A stretch of 64,000 bases of DNA, taken from an uncultured Thermoprotei archaeon (GTDB lineage: Archaea; Thermoproteota; Thermoprotei; Thermofilales; B15-G2). The stretch covers positions 448-64,447 of the forward strand of contig CBDUKN010000003.1 of assembly GCA_965367815.1 (NCBI GenBank). Reading direction: 5' to 3'. Shown one piece after another: positions 9,061 through 19,599 of this stretch (within the stretch, counting starts at the first letter, position 1; every line of letters begins with the position of its first letter). The position numbers and the translations under genes are program-made. Below the pieces are notes generated by a model, which ran no database searches, was not told where the DNA came from, and saw nothing but the letters and a program-made list of their open reading frames with translations.

Positions 9061-10059
9061 TCAGCTGTATAGCCAGCATGCTGTAAAGTGTTTTTCTTCG
9101 ATTTTTATTAAAGGCGGGTCTTCTCTTTTGCATCTTTCTTCTGCGTAAGGACATCTGGGATGGAACCTGCATCCAGAGGGAATATTAATGGGGTTTGGAG
9201 GCTCGCTTCTAATTTTTATTTTACTTCTGCTTCTATTGAGCTTAGGGTCTGGTAAGGGAACAGCTGAGAAGAGTGCTCTAGTATAGATATGTGCAGGGTT
9301 TAGTATTACTTTCTTAGCATCACCTACTTCCACTATTCTGCCTAAGTACATTACAGCTATTCTGTCAGCAATGTAATAGGCGGTAGCGAGATCGTGTGTT
9401 ATGAAGAGGAAAGTTAGCTTGAATTCCTCCTTGAGTATCTGAAGTAGTTTCAATATCTGGGCTCTAATAGATACATCTAGTGAGCTAGTAGGCTCGTCCG
9501 CTACAATAAATTCTGGTCTAAGCACAAGAGCTCTCGCTATAACTGCTCTCTGTCTCTGTCCTCCACTGAGCTCGTGCGGGTATCTGTCGTAAAAATACTC
9601 TGGTGGAACTAAGCCTACTTTACTCATTATTTTCAGAACTTCTTCTTTTCTCTCCTTCTTTGATAATTTATCGCCGAAGTGTATTAGGAGAGGGTCTTCT
9701 ATAGCCTCCCCTATTTTCATCTTAGGGTTAAGTGAGGCATAGGGATCTTGAAATATTATCTGAGCTTTACGTCTAAACCATTTTCTTAACTCACTTTCCT
9801 TGGTAAAAGTAATGTCGATTCCATCGAAAACTATTTTCCCACCTGTTGGTTTGAGTAATCTTACTACTAGTCGTCCTGTAGTAGTTTTACCGCACCCTGA
9901 TTCACCGACAAGAGCTAGTGTTTCGCCGCGCTTTATTTCAAAAGATACTCCATCTACTGCTTTCACGTATTCTTTTCTCTTGCCTAGAAGCCTGTCTAGG
10001 AAAGTCTGTTCTACAGGGAAATACTTCTTTAAGTTCTCTACACTTAAAATCACACTCAT
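9061..10059 (-). CDS. ABC transporter ATP-binding protein, OppF/DppF type
   Basis: Walker [10 protein letters not shown], signature LSGGQRQR, Walker [13 protein letters not shown], and the C-terminal Cys-rich oligopeptide-type extension ([14 protein letters not shown]). The start MSVILSV at 10059 overlaps the upstream stop (ATGA). Confidence 0.9.
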   Translation of the reverse strand: MSVILSVENLKKYFPVEQTFLDRLLGKRKEYVKAVDGVSFEIKRGETLALVGESGCGKTTTGRLVVRLLKPTGGKIVFDGIDITFTKESELRKWFRRKAQIIFQDPYASLNPKMKIGEAIEDPLLIHFGDKLSKKERKEEVLKIMSKVGLVPPEYFYDRYPHELSGGQRQRAVIARALVLRPEFIVADEPTSSLDVSIRAQILKLLQILKEEFKLTFLFITHDLATAYYIADRIAVMYLGRIVEVGDAKKVILNPAHIYTRALFSAVPLPDPKLNRSRSKIKIRSEPPNPINIPSGCRFHPRCPYAEERCKREDPPLIKIEEKHFTACWLYS

Positions 10060-11009
10060 TTTACACACCTCCAGCAAGCCACATAGTGTCCTTCAGATAC
10101 CTCAACTAGAGGCGGGTTTTCTTTTCTGCATTTTTCTTCAGCAAAAGGACATCTCGGGTGAAACCTGCAGCCGGGCGGAGGATTAAGCATGTCTGGGGGG
10201 TTTCCTGGAATAGTGTATAAGTCGCTATTACTACCTATTTTCGGTATACTCTTAAGAAGGCCTTGAGTATAGGGGTGTAGTGTACTATAGTATATTTGCT
10301 CTACAGAGCCTATTTCCATTATTTTGCCGGCATACATTATTACTACTTTATCCGCTATATCTGCTACTACACTTAAGTCATGTGTAATAAAGAGAATAGA
10401 TGTTTTCTGTCTATTTCTTAACTCTTTAAGTAGATCTAGTATTTGGTCCTGCACTATTACGTCGAGCGCTGTAGTAGGCTCGTCTGCTATAAGCAACTTA
10501 GGTTTAAGCGCATAAGAAATAGCTATCATTACTCTCTGCCTCATACCTCCACTAAGCTGGTGAGGATAATCTAGAGCACGATTCTCTGGAATACCTACAG
10601 CAGTTAAAGCTTCTATAGCCCTACTTCGAGCGTCTTCTTTAGACAGACCGTAGTGCACTATGAGTGCTTCAGCTATGTGGTCAACTATTCTCATAGTCGG
10701 GTTGAGTGAAGTCATAGGATCTTGGAATATCATAGAGATTTCTTTTCCACGGACTTTAGTCATATCTTCTTCGCTCAGCTCAACTAAATTGCGTCCATCA
10801 AAGACTATTTTTCCGGAGACTATTCGGCCGTTAGGTGGAAGTATCTTTAGTATAGCTAAACCTAAAGTAGTTTTGCCGCTGCCTGATTCTCCTACAATGC
10901 CGACTACTTCTCCTTTATCTACTGTAAATGATATTCCGTCGAGAGCCTTAACTGAGCCGTTTACTGTAGCGAACTCTACTTTCAGATTCTCTACTTTAAG
11001 CAAAGTCAT
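10056..11009 (-). CDS. ABC transporter ATP-binding protein, OppD/DppD type
   Basis: Contains [29 protein letters not shown] and [18 protein letters not shown] overlap with the upstream permease at 11006-11009. Confidence 0.9.
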   Translation of the reverse strand: MTLLKVENLKVEFATVNGSVKALDGISFTVDKGEVVGIVGESGSGKTTLGLAILKILPPNGRIVSGKIVFDGRNLVELSEEDMTKVRGKEISMIFQDPMTSLNPTMRIVDHIAEALIVHYGLSKEDARSRAIEALTAVGIPENRALDYPHQLSGGMRQRVMIAISYALKPKLLIADEPTTALDVIVQDQILDLLKELRNRQKTSILFITHDLSVVADIADKVVIMYAGKIMEIGSVEQIYYSTLHPYTQGLLKSIPKIGSNSDLYTIPGNPPDMLNPPPGCRFHPRCPFAEEKCRKENPPLVEVSEGHYVACWRCVK

Positions 11010-11905
11010 GGCCTCATCCCCTCCCGCCTAGGATTGAGGTACTCGACTAAAGCGTCTGAAATTAGCATGAAGGCTAGAGTTGCTATGAAAATCATTAGTC
11101 CAGGGAAGAAGCTTGTCCACCAGACTCCGTTGGGAATATCTTTCCATCCCTTCGAAATATCTACTCCCCAGTCAGGATAGAAGGGCGGAAGACCTATACC
11201 AAGGAAGCTTAATCCAGCCGCAGTCAATATAGCGTCGGCGAAGTTCATGCATATTATTGGTATAGCTGGAGTAACAGCGTTCGGCGCAATATACTTGAGA
11301 ATTACTCTGAGAGGTGGAGCACCTATAGCTCTAGCTGCCTCTACATATAGGTTTTCTTTAACAGAGAGAGTAGTAGCGCGTATTACTCTAAAGTAGCTCG
11401 GAATATAGACAACTGATATCGCTATAGCCGTGTTCAATATAATGCTGGATACTGAAGCAGACCCTCCGGGGTTCAATGCCACGGCGATAGCTAAAGCCAT
11501 GACTAGGCTCGGAAACGCGTAAAGTGCATCCATAATTAGCGTAGCTACTCTATCGAAAACTCCTCCTAAGTAGCCTGATATAAGGCCTAGAGGAATACCT
11601 ATAGCGAACGCGAAAGCTGCTGAAATAACTGCCACCATTAAGGCGCTCCTAGTGCCGTAGATAACTCTGCTAAAAACATCTCTACCCATGTTATCTGTTC
11701 CAAACAAGTGCTCTAGGCAAGGAGGAGTATATGGGTCTCCAGTATACATTTTGATTGGATCGTATGGAGCGATATATGGCGCGAGCACAGCCATTAAAGC
11801 GAGAGCTGCTGCCAGCACTAGGCCTACTTTAAGCATTTTTTCCTCGAGCGAGTGTGTTTTTCCAAGAGCCTTTAGAATATTTTTAAAGAAGACTAAAGAC
11901 TCCAT
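11006..11905 (-). CDS. ABC transporter permease, OppC/DppC type
   Basis: 299 aa, multi-TM, with an EAA-loop-like YVEAARAIGAPPLRVILKYIAPN. Confidence 0.85.
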   Translation of the reverse strand: MESLVFFKNILKALGKTHSLEEKMLKVGLVLAAALALMAVLAPYIAPYDPIKMYTGDPYTPPCLEHLFGTDNMGRDVFSRVIYGTRSALMVAVISAAFAFAIGIPLGLISGYLGGVFDRVATLIMDALYAFPSLVMALAIAVALNPGGSASVSSIILNTAIAISVVYIPSYFRVIRATTLSVKENLYVEAARAIGAPPLRVILKYIAPNAVTPAIPIICMNFADAILTAAGLSFLGIGLPPFYPDWGVDISKGWKDIPNGVWWTSFFPGLMIFIATLAFMLISDALVEYLNPRREGMRP

Positions 11906-11917
11906 GCAACCACCCCT

Positions 11918-12931
11918 CTAGTACCTTATTCTCGGGTCTAGGAACGCGTAAACTATGTCTACAATAAAGCTGATTACAGCAACCATAACGGCATAGAGAG
12001 TAATAGCGGCCTGCACTACAGTATAGTCTCTTGACAAAACAGCGTCCTTTAGGTATGTTCCTAGGCCAGGGTAGTCGAAAGTCGTTTCAGTTAGTATAGC
12101 TCCTCCAAGCAGGAGAGCTAACTGTAATCCTATAATAGTAATTATAGGTATAAGGGCGTTCCTGAAGACATATCTGTCGTGAATTATTTTCTCTGGGAGA
12201 CCGCGTGCTCTAGCGGCAGTTACGTAGTCTAGGCGCATTACCTCGACTAAGGCGTTTCGAGAAACCTTACCTATAATACCTGAAATCACTATACCCAGTG
12301 TAACTGCAGGCAGAATCAGATGTCTAATGCACTCAGCGAATCCCATGAAGTCCCCGTTGAGCAAACAGTCTAGTGTAGTGAAGCCTGTTATAGGTCGAAC
12401 ACTGTACTTAACCATAGGTGGAGGCCCTCCGGTTATTGGAAGAATTCCTAGCCAAATACCGAAAATTACTTGGAAAATTATGCCGAGCCAGAAAACGGGA
12501 ATACTGTAAGTAGCTACAGTAAAAAGTCTGGCTAAGTGGGCTAAAGGCCTACCCTCGTACTTGGCGCTAACATCGCCTATGAATAATCCTAGTGGAATAG
12601 CTACAATAATGCTTGCTACAGCTAGCTCTATGCTAGCCTTAAACCTGTCTATTAGCTCGTCTGCAAAAGGCCGCCTTGTGATGAGGCTTTTTCCGAAATC
12701 TCCGTGAAGGAGGTTCCATAAGTACTCGAAATACTGCACTATAACTGGTTTATCTAAGCCCAACTCATGGCGTATTTTCTCAACATACTCGGGAGGCAAC
12801 TTAGGGCCTACAGCTACCCTAACAGGGTCTCCGGGCAGGATCCTCAAAATAAAGAACACTAGAGTAAGTAAAATAATAACCATAAAGGGGGTTAGAAAAA
12901 GACGAGTTAAAACAAACTTTTTAAGGCTCAT
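11918..12931 (-). CDS. ABC transporter permease, OppB/DppB type
   Basis: 337 aa, multi-TM, with YVTAARARGLPEKIIHDRYVFRNALIP (EAA loop). Confidence 0.85.
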   Translation of the reverse strand: MSLKKFVLTRLFLTPFMVIILLTLVFFILRILPGDPVRVAVGPKLPPEYVEKIRHELGLDKPVIVQYFEYLWNLLHGDFGKSLITRRPFADELIDRFKASIELAVASIIVAIPLGLFIGDVSAKYEGRPLAHLARLFTVATYSIPVFWLGIIFQVIFGIWLGILPITGGPPPMVKYSVRPITGFTTLDCLLNGDFMGFAECIRHLILPAVTLGIVISGIIGKVSRNALVEVMRLDYVTAARARGLPEKIIHDRYVFRNALIPIITIIGLQLALLLGGAILTETTFDYPGLGTYLKDAVLSRDYTVVQAAITLYAVMVAVISFIVDIVYAFLDPRIRY

Positions 12932-12945
12932 GTTTCTCTGGCCCC

Positions 12946-14514
12946 TTAGCTCTTGTCAAGAGGCCAGAACCACAGTATCATAGAGGGCTCTAGGCTAACT
13001 CCCTTAATGTTGTTCCTGTACGCGATGTTCTGATTCTGGCTCCACAGCGGTATGTAAGGTACGTCTTTAGCTAAGTATTCTTGTACAATACTGTAGTAGT
13101 AGGCGCGCTCTTCTAAGTCGGCTATTTGCCTCGCTTTAACAAGCGCTTTGTCTACTTCCGGGTTAGAGTACCAGCAGGAGAATACTGGTCCGCTTGTCTT
13201 ACTGTAGAGGAACGGGTAGAGGTAGTTGTCGGGGTCGACGTAGTCAGGATACCAGCCTAGCAGGAAGCACTCCATTTCGTAGCTCTCTAGCTTGTTTATG
13301 AATTCACTCCAAGTGAGGCCTCTGAGATCTACTTTAATTAAACCTGTTTCCTCTAATGCTTCTTTAATGCACTGAGCTACATCAGCCTCTTTAGGTCCAT
13401 AGTGGTCAGTAGTGTACCATAGAGTGAACTTTAGAGGCTTGTCTTCACTGTAGCCAGCATCTCTCAGTAGCTTTACTGCTTCAGCTAGAGCCTTGCTTCT
13501 TTCAAGATCATATTTCTCGAATACAGGCTTATAGCACCATTCGAAATTTGGGTTCACTAAGCTGTAGATCTTGCTTGTAGCTCCCTTAAACACCCCCTTA
13601 ACTATAGCGTCGCGGTCAATAGCATAGGCTATTGCTTTTCTTACTTTAACGTCCTTGAATATAGTGAAGTTTCCTAAATTGAATACAAGATACCTTATCT
13701 GCAGCGAGGGCTTTTCTTCAACAATAATACCGGACTTTCCTTTGAGCGCCTGAAGGTCTTCAACGCTCAGGTGTCTGAACGCAATATCTACTTCACCTTT
13801 CTCTAAAGCAAGTCTCAGTGTAGTAGAGTCCTTAAATATCTTTATAATAATTCTCTTGACTTTAGGCATTCTCGACTTGTCCCAGTAGTCTTCAAACCTC
13901 TCCAGTATAACGTACTGATCTTTCTTAAAGTCAACTACTTTGAACGGACCTGTTCCAACAGGCTTTATATCAAATGTATCGTTACCGAGTTTCTTTACGG
14001 CTTCAGGAGATACTGGAGCGAATACAGTAAATGTGAATACAGAAAGTATAGGTGCGAAAGGCTCCTTTAGCTTAAACTCTACAGTATACTTGTCTACTAC
14101 TTTAACGTTCTCAATGAACTCTGATATAAGCCAAGACGGGTCTCCTCCAAGCTGAAGTGCACGCTCAATACTGTATTTAACAACATAGGCTGTCAGCTCA
14201 GTTCCGTCGTGAAACTTAACACCTTTCCTTAAATAGAACACTATTGTTGTACCATTGTCTTTAAACTCCCATTTTTCAGCTAAACCAGGCTCTACTTGCA
14301 GTGTGCCCGGCTTAAGACTCACTAGAGTATCAAAGACATTGTATATGACTTCACAGCTCATGAACTCATATGCTTTAGCAGGATCTAAGTGAACTGGAGG
14401 GTCTGTAGTGCCTATAACTATTACCTTTTCTTTCTTCTGTAACAGAAATGTTGCCGCTACAGCAGCTATTATTACTGCCATTAATATTACTGCAATTAAT
14501 ATTTTCTTGGACAT
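12946..14514 (-). CDS. Family-5 (Opp/Dpp-class) extracellular solute-binding protein, N-terminal TM anchor
   Basis: Contains LAEKWEFKDNGTTIVFYLRKGVKFHDGTELTA, the classical SBP_bac_5 signature region. The likely start MSKKILIAVIL at 14514 is preceded by GGTGAGAGGT. The track ORF extends to 14550. Confidence 0.85.
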   Translation of the reverse strand: MSKKILIAVILMAVIIAAVAATFLLQKKEKVIVIGTTDPPVHLDPAKAYEFMSCEVIYNVFDTLVSLKPGTLQVEPGLAEKWEFKDNGTTIVFYLRKGVKFHDGTELTAYVVKYSIERALQLGGDPSWLISEFIENVKVVDKYTVEFKLKEPFAPILSVFTFTVFAPVSPEAVKKLGNDTFDIKPVGTGPFKVVDFKKDQYVILERFEDYWDKSRMPKVKRIIIKIFKDSTTLRLALEKGEVDIAFRHLSVEDLQALKGKSGIIVEEKPSLQIRYLVFNLGNFTIFKDVKVRKAIAYAIDRDAIVKGVFKGATSKIYSLVNPNFEWCYKPVFEKYDLERSKALAEAVKLLRDAGYSEDKPLKFTLWYTTDHYGPKEADVAQCIKEALEETGLIKVDLRGLTWSEFINKLESYEMECFLLGWYPDYVDPDNYLYPFLYSKTSGPVFSCWYSNPEVDKALVKARQIADLEERAYYYSIVQEYLAKDVPYIPLWSQNQNIAYRNNIKGVSLEPSMILWFWPLDKS

Positions 14515-14817
14515 ACCTCTCACCTTCTTTTTATTGCCGTAAAGAAACAAAAGGATGTATATATAGGTTTCGTTTTAAGTAAATTCATAAAAAATCTATG
14601 AATAACTATTGGTAATAACGATCTGCAGTTTATTCAAAATAGTACTACCTTCGAATGACCATTAAATATGCATAGTGAGCATACAAATAGACGGTTTGTA
14701 ACACTTTCCCATGAGAAAAAATAGGCAAAATGACGACATCAGATTAGTTAAAATAATTCAATAAAATAAGTTTTACAGTAGTAAGAGTGTTTAATAGCCG
14801 AGCTGAAAGATATCTCT

Positions 14818-15762
14818 GTGAGAAGCTCTACTCTACTAAAACTGGAGTTCAGGAGAGGAAAACTAATAGAACTAATGGGAATTCCGCTAGAAGAAAGGAG
14901 TCTTGAAGCCAAAGTACTTGAAGAAAAGAAGGTAAGTAATTTAACTTTTAAGAAAATACTTTACAATAGTCTAGAAGATGAAGTAAAAGCATATGTTATT
15001 GTACCCAAAGACTATTCTGGAGCCGGAGTAGTGTGTCTACATCAGCATGGAGGCCTCTTCAAGATAGGTAAGAATCAAGTAGTCGGAATAGAAGGTCCTG
15101 AAGACCAGAAATATGGACTAGAGCTCGCGGAAAGAGGCTACGTTGTCATAGCGCCTGACGCCAAGTATTTTGGCGAAAGACTCGAGAAGAATATCACTGG
15201 CTGGAGAGGAAGAACAGAAGGCGAAGAAAGCGAGAGATTCGGTGCTATGAAAGAGTTTCTCTACGGGAGAACACTTCAGGGAATAATGGTATGGGATGCT
15301 ATGAGGGCAGTAGACTACCTCATAGAGTACGAAAATGTAGATGAGAAGAGAATAGGCGCTATAGGTCACTCTATGGGCGGACAGTGGACTCTCTACTTAG
15401 CGGCAGTAGATACACGTATAGCGGCAGCAGTATCTAGCTGCGGTTTCGCTAGTCATAGATCGCTCTTGGAACATAAAATAATCCACAATTTTGCTGCCTA
15501 CATACCAGGAATTCTTAAGTACATGGATGTGCCCGATGTACTTTGCCTAGTTGCCCCAAGAGCCTTCATGATTATAGCTGGTAAAAAGGATCCGATTTTC
15601 CCGTTGGAGGGAGTAGTTGAAGTCTACAAGAAAGCGAGAAAAATTTACGGTGAAATGAATGCAGAACACAAGCTGAAACTATCTGTATTCAATACAGGCC
15701 ACGAGTTCAACAAAGATATGAGAAATAGAGCTTATATGTGGCTAGATAAATGGCTCAAATAG
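14818..15762 (+). CDS. Alpha/beta hydrolase (dienelactone hydrolase / acetyl-esterase-like)
   Basis: Nucleophile elbow IGHSMGG. HQHGG resembles an oxyanion region. C-terminal GHEF may hold the catalytic His. GTG start, with an alternative ATG at 14878. Confidence 0.7.
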   Translation: MRSSTLLKLEFRRGKLIELMGIPLEERSLEAKVLEEKKVSNLTFKKILYNSLEDEVKAYVIVPKDYSGAGVVCLHQHGGLFKIGKNQVVGIEGPEDQKYGLELAERGYVVIAPDAKYFGERLEKNITGWRGRTEGEESERFGAMKEFLYGRTLQGIMVWDAMRAVDYLIEYENVDEKRIGAIGHSMGGQWTLYLAAVDTRIAAAVSSCGFASHRSLLEHKIIHNFAAYIPGILKYMDVPDVLCLVAPRAFMIIAGKKDPIFPLEGVVEVYKKARKIYGEMNAEHKLKLSVFNTGHEFNKDMRNRAYMWLDKWLK

Positions 15763-15878
15763 ATTTCTGATAAGGAAGTAGACATTAAGTTAAAATACTC
15801 AGAGTTTTATTCAAACATTGTTTTAATGAGCTTGCATTAAGTCAATTACTCTAATGTTTCGACAGCAAGGTGCCATAA

Positions 15879-17108
15879 ATGAATGCTGCGCTGAAGACTT
15901 ATGTCAATATACTTAAAGGTAATGTGGGAGTAATGGTTTTGTCGTGGATACTATTTGGTATAGGCTCAGGGCTAGTTTACCCGTATTTCTCGCTCTATGT
16001 AAAGTTCCTTGGAGGCACGAACTTCGACATAGGCTTAGTGAGCTCTATAGGATCTCTCGCGGGGCTTCTTGTAATGATTCCGGGAGGGTACTTAACTGAC
16101 GTCTACGGTAGACGCCGCGTAATAATATGGGGTACGTGGATGGTAGTTATGCTCAATTTCTTCTATGCTATAGTCCCTGATTGGCGTTTCCTTTTGCTAG
16201 TCTATATGCTGGACTCTATTCTACATTTCTATACTCCGGCCTTAATGACCATTATAGCCGATTCCCTTCCCGGACACCTGAGAGCGGGAGGACTAGCTTT
16301 AACTGAAGTTTTAACAGAGTTACCCTGGTTTGTTGTTCCGCCCATAGGCGGAGTACTAGTAGATAGGTATGGTGTACTAGGTTTAAGGATAGGTTACTTG
16401 GTTGCAGGAATATACGGTGTACTTGCAGCTATTCTGAGAACGAAGCTCCTTAAGGAGACTCTAAGAGAGACTAAGAAAGAGCAAAAGTTATCTGAAGTAC
16501 TTGCTGTATCCTTTAGAGAGACTTTTAGTGCTGTTAAAAAGGTTCCTAAGCAGATAGCTTTAATTTTAATTGAAAGCGTATTAGTTTCCTCGCCTTCGAT
16601 AGTGGTATTCCATGTCTATGGAGTAGTTTATGCTAAAGAGTACCTGGGAATCTCGATGGAAGAGTGGGGACTTTACAGCTCGTTTTCCTCTATGGCATCT
16701 ACTGTAGCTGGAGTGCTTCTCGCCAAAGTTCTTGATAGAGCTGAGAGAAGATTCTTTATAGCAGCAGGGGCATGCTTAGCTGCTGTCAGTTACTTCGGCT
16801 TATGCTATGCTTTCTCAGCTATTGTAGTATGCTTTTCTCTTATAGTATTCAGAGTAGCTGGCACAATGTACACTTCTTCGTGGAGCGCTTATCTGATAGA
16901 CTTAGTTAAAGAGGAGCTAAGAGGACGAATATACGCTTTAGCTCAAATAACTAGTTCTTTAGGCTATACTTGGGCTAGTATTGTGCTGGGATACTTATAT
17001 TCATTAAATCCCAGAGATTCACTTACTTTATCAGCTATGCTAGCTGTAGTCGATGCAGTCATTTTATTTATAGTGATGAAGCCTGTAGTCAAGAAGTCGA
17101 ATAACTAA
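15879..17108 (+). CDS. MFS transporter
   Basis: 409 aa, ~12 TM segments, with MFS motif A GGYLTDVYGRRRVI. Confidence 0.85.
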   Translation: MNAALKTYVNILKGNVGVMVLSWILFGIGSGLVYPYFSLYVKFLGGTNFDIGLVSSIGSLAGLLVMIPGGYLTDVYGRRRVIIWGTWMVVMLNFFYAIVPDWRFLLLVYMLDSILHFYTPALMTIIADSLPGHLRAGGLALTEVLTELPWFVVPPIGGVLVDRYGVLGLRIGYLVAGIYGVLAAILRTKLLKETLRETKKEQKLSEVLAVSFRETFSAVKKVPKQIALILIESVLVSSPSIVVFHVYGVVYAKEYLGISMEEWGLYSSFSSMASTVAGVLLAKVLDRAERRFFIAAGACLAAVSYFGLCYAFSAIVVCFSLIVFRVAGTMYTSSWSAYLIDLVKEELRGRIYALAQITSSLGYTWASIVLGYLYSLNPRDSLTLSAMLAVVDAVILFIVMKPVVKKSNN

Positions 17109-17137
17109 TAAGAGTGTAATTATAATGATGTATAGTT

Positions 17138-17986
17138 ATGATGGCTTTAGTAGTAGGTTTGCTTGAAAGAGATTCTGGTAAAACAAGTATCACCGTATCT
17201 ATGTTAAATACAGCTAGGGAACTTGGCTTTAATGCAGTTGGATTTAAGCCAGTAGGTGGGCATGACGCTTGGAGCCAGTACGATACCCTAGCTAGAAGTC
17301 TTTCTTTGAGAATGCTTGTAGGCGAAGATGCTTTTAAGCTCTGGGTAGCCTCAAGCAGAGCAGAGAGTATAGATTTGCTGTCACCTCTCGATATACTGTT
17401 AGCTCCACCCGACCCAGCTAAAGTTTCACTAGAAGACTACACTGGGCTAGAGAAAACAGCTGTTTTGGCTAGACTGACTACGCTGGATAATGATAAAGTT
17501 TCTTCAATCCACTTTGTAGTTCGAGAAAACTTAATGCATATTGCTCCTACCTTAAGGAAAAAGCTTCTAAAGCTTGCTCACTTAACTAAAGCAGTAAATA
17601 TTAGTGGCATTAGGCTAGTAGACATGGTATCGAACTCTGCTAAGTACATCGACAAGGTCTTAAAGTACCTTTTAGACAAATACGAGCTAGTTGTAGTAGA
17701 GTCTTTTAATAATGCTGCTTTCCCTACACCGCTTAGCCTTACGGCAGACTGGGTAGTATTAGTAGCGCCTACGAGAGTATTCATTTACCGAGGAAAAGAC
17801 TATGCAGAGACCGTTAAAAACATAGCAGCTATTAGAGGAGTAAATATTACTGTTCCTGAAGTAGTAAAATACATTAAGCCTGAGAAAGTGCTCGAAATAT
17901 ATCCTCGAACGAGGAGTGAACTAGGCTGTGTCAGGAAAGATTCTATTGAAATACTCGAGTATATTACTGAAAAAACGTTTAATTGA
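17138..17986 (+). CDS. BioD/dethiobiotin-synthetase-like P-loop NTPase-fold protein, function unknown
   Basis: The N-terminus VVGLLERDSGKTSITVSMLNTARELGFNAVGFKPVGG parallels the BioD-type GTdTxVGKT...G..v..fKPv.sG pattern. Confidence 0.4.
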   Translation: MMALVVGLLERDSGKTSITVSMLNTARELGFNAVGFKPVGGHDAWSQYDTLARSLSLRMLVGEDAFKLWVASSRAESIDLLSPLDILLAPPDPAKVSLEDYTGLEKTAVLARLTTLDNDKVSSIHFVVRENLMHIAPTLRKKLLKLAHLTKAVNISGIRLVDMVSNSAKYIDKVLKYLLDKYELVVVESFNNAAFPTPLSLTADWVVLVAPTRVFIYRGKDYAETVKNIAAIRGVNITVPEVVKYIKPEKVLEIYPRTRSELGCVRKDSIEILEYITEKTFN

Positions 17987-18005
17987 AGAAAAGGCTTAGC
18001 GAACA

Positions 18006-18905
18006 CTACTTAATGAATATTGGATTAGTCCAAGCGGTACTTCCTTCAGAATCTTTACACTCTATTCTTATATAGATTTCATCACCTTTAATTCTATACT
18101 CTGCTCTAGTGAGATTGTTTTTCTGCGAAAAGTACACGCGGCCTCGAGCATGGTCTGCTATAAACGCTACTACTTTCACAGGGGAACACTCAACTACTAT
18201 TTTATCGTTCTTAATTTCTAGATTCTTTATCACGGGCCCTGTGCTCGAGTAAAATAATCCTTTCTTAATAGACTCTGCAATAGCTTCTCTTGAGAGTTCT
18301 TTTGCTTTAACCATTATCCATGCTTTACATGCGTCTACAGGCTTATATTGGCTAAAAGACCAATGAGCGTCATCTACAGCGAAACCATATACTCTTCGAC
18401 CAGCAGTTAAAAGCATATCCCAGTGAACAACACTATATCCTCTCAGTACATCTACTTCACAGGTAGTATTGAAGACTTCTATTCCCAAGTACTTCTCGAG
18501 TTTTAGTAAGTCATTGAGTGTGAGAGAAGACCAGTATGGGTGAGCTACAATAGGTATTCCACTTAACTCTATTATCTTGTCTATTGCTTCTTGTGCATTC
18601 TCAGCCTTAATTTCTTCTTCTATGTCGACGCCGACTATATGGTACTTACTTCCAAGAACACCTTTATCGACATCGACTTCTATACCAGGTATCACTAAGA
18701 AGTCTTCTGTAGAGAGCTCTTTGACATCAGCCACCTTATTGTGATCCGTTATTGCCAGGAAAGAGTACCCGCTATTACGGTAGAGATACGCCAACTGCTT
18801 TGGAGTAAGCAGTCCGTCAGAGTAAGTGCTATGTGTGTGGAGATTTCCCTTAAACCATTGTCCTTTTTCGCTAAAGGGATTGCTATAGATTATTTCACAT
18901 GGCAC
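18006..18905 (-). CDS. PHP-domain metal-dependent phosphoesterase
   Basis: Contains GNLHTHSTYSDG and AITDHN, the canonical PHP motifs I and II. 299 aa. Confidence 0.8.
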   Translation of the reverse strand: MPCEIIYSNPFSEKGQWFKGNLHTHSTYSDGLLTPKQLAYLYRNSGYSFLAITDHNKVADVKELSTEDFLVIPGIEVDVDKGVLGSKYHIVGVDIEEEIKAENAQEAIDKIIELSGIPIVAHPYWSSLTLNDLLKLEKYLGIEVFNTTCEVDVLRGYSVVHWDMLLTAGRRVYGFAVDDAHWSFSQYKPVDACKAWIMVKAKELSREAIAESIKKGLFYSSTGPVIKNLEIKNDKIVVECSPVKVVAFIADHARGRVYFSQKNNLTRAEYRIKGDEIYIRIECKDSEGSTAWTNPIFIK

Positions 18906-18970
18906 AGTAGCTTATGTTTATCTTCACTATAAATTACTTAGCGTATGTCTCAAAATCTTAAGCTCATGTA

Positions 18971-19366
18971 CTATAGCTGTGTAATGACTCTTAGCCCATA
19001 TTTCTCCATTTGCTGGAAGTGTCTTAAGTCCTTTGCTAAAAGAGGCGCTTTAAGTAATATGGCTGTTGCAGCAATCACTATATCTGTTTGAGGGACTTTT
19101 TCTCCTTTCTTCGATAAATCTACATCTATTTCCATAGCCTTAAGAAGTAATTCTTGTGTTGGATAGACTACTTGAAACAATTTCTCTACAACATTTTTCT
19201 CTTTAAAGTAATCCTTACCTAAGTAGCAGTAACCGTAAAGATACTCGTAGAGTGTGACATAAGATATATATACGTCATATTGAGCAATCTTAAGAAGTAA
19301 AGTCTTGTTATTTCTTTCTAAAATATCTATGACTACGCTTGTATCTACTACGATCTTCTTAGCCAT
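18971..19366 (-). CDS. vapC: PIN-domain ribonuclease toxin VapC
   Basis: IVVDTSVVIDILE (Asp1), YVTLYEY (Glu) and PQTDIVIAATA (Asp). Overlaps the upstream antitoxin gene by 19 nt. Confidence 0.85.
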   Translation of the reverse strand: MAKKIVVDTSVVIDILERNNKTLLLKIAQYDVYISYVTLYEYLYGYCYLGKDYFKEKNVVEKLFQVVYPTQELLLKAMEIDVDLSKKGEKVPQTDIVIAATAILLKAPLLAKDLRHFQQMEKYGLRVITQL

Positions 19367-19599
19367 ACTCCTTCCTCTCTGAGCTTAGCTCTAATAAGCT
19401 CTAGTGTCTTACGCTCTTCGTCTGTAAGCTTTTTTTGACTAATGTACTCTAGCACTTTAATAACTAAAGCCTGCTTAGAGAGCTCAATTAATTTTCTTAT
19501 AGTTTCATCTATTGTACGAGAATTTGTACGTTTCTTAAAGTCTAAAATAGCCATATAAGTTTCTTCTGAGACTGCAATAGTTTTCATTTTTCTAGCCAT
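19348..19599 (-). CDS. vapB: VapB-type antitoxin (ribbon-helix-helix-like)
   Basis: 83 aa. TIAVSEETYMAILDFKK looks like a beta-strand plus helix start. Position and overlap with the PIN gene support the call. Confidence 0.7.
   Translation of the reverse strand: MARKMKTIAVSEETYMAILDFKKRTNSRTIDETIRKLIELSKQALVIKVLEYISQKKLTDEERKTLELIRAKLREEGVWLRRS

Noticed and set aside
9800-11031. Track ORFs 9800-10186(+), 9918-10109(+), 10324-10515(+) and 10660-11031(+), up to 128 aa
   Set aside because: They lie entirely antisense to the two ABC ATPase genes, whose Walker/signature motifs are unambiguous. Their S/L/P/T-rich low-complexity composition is typical of antisense frames.
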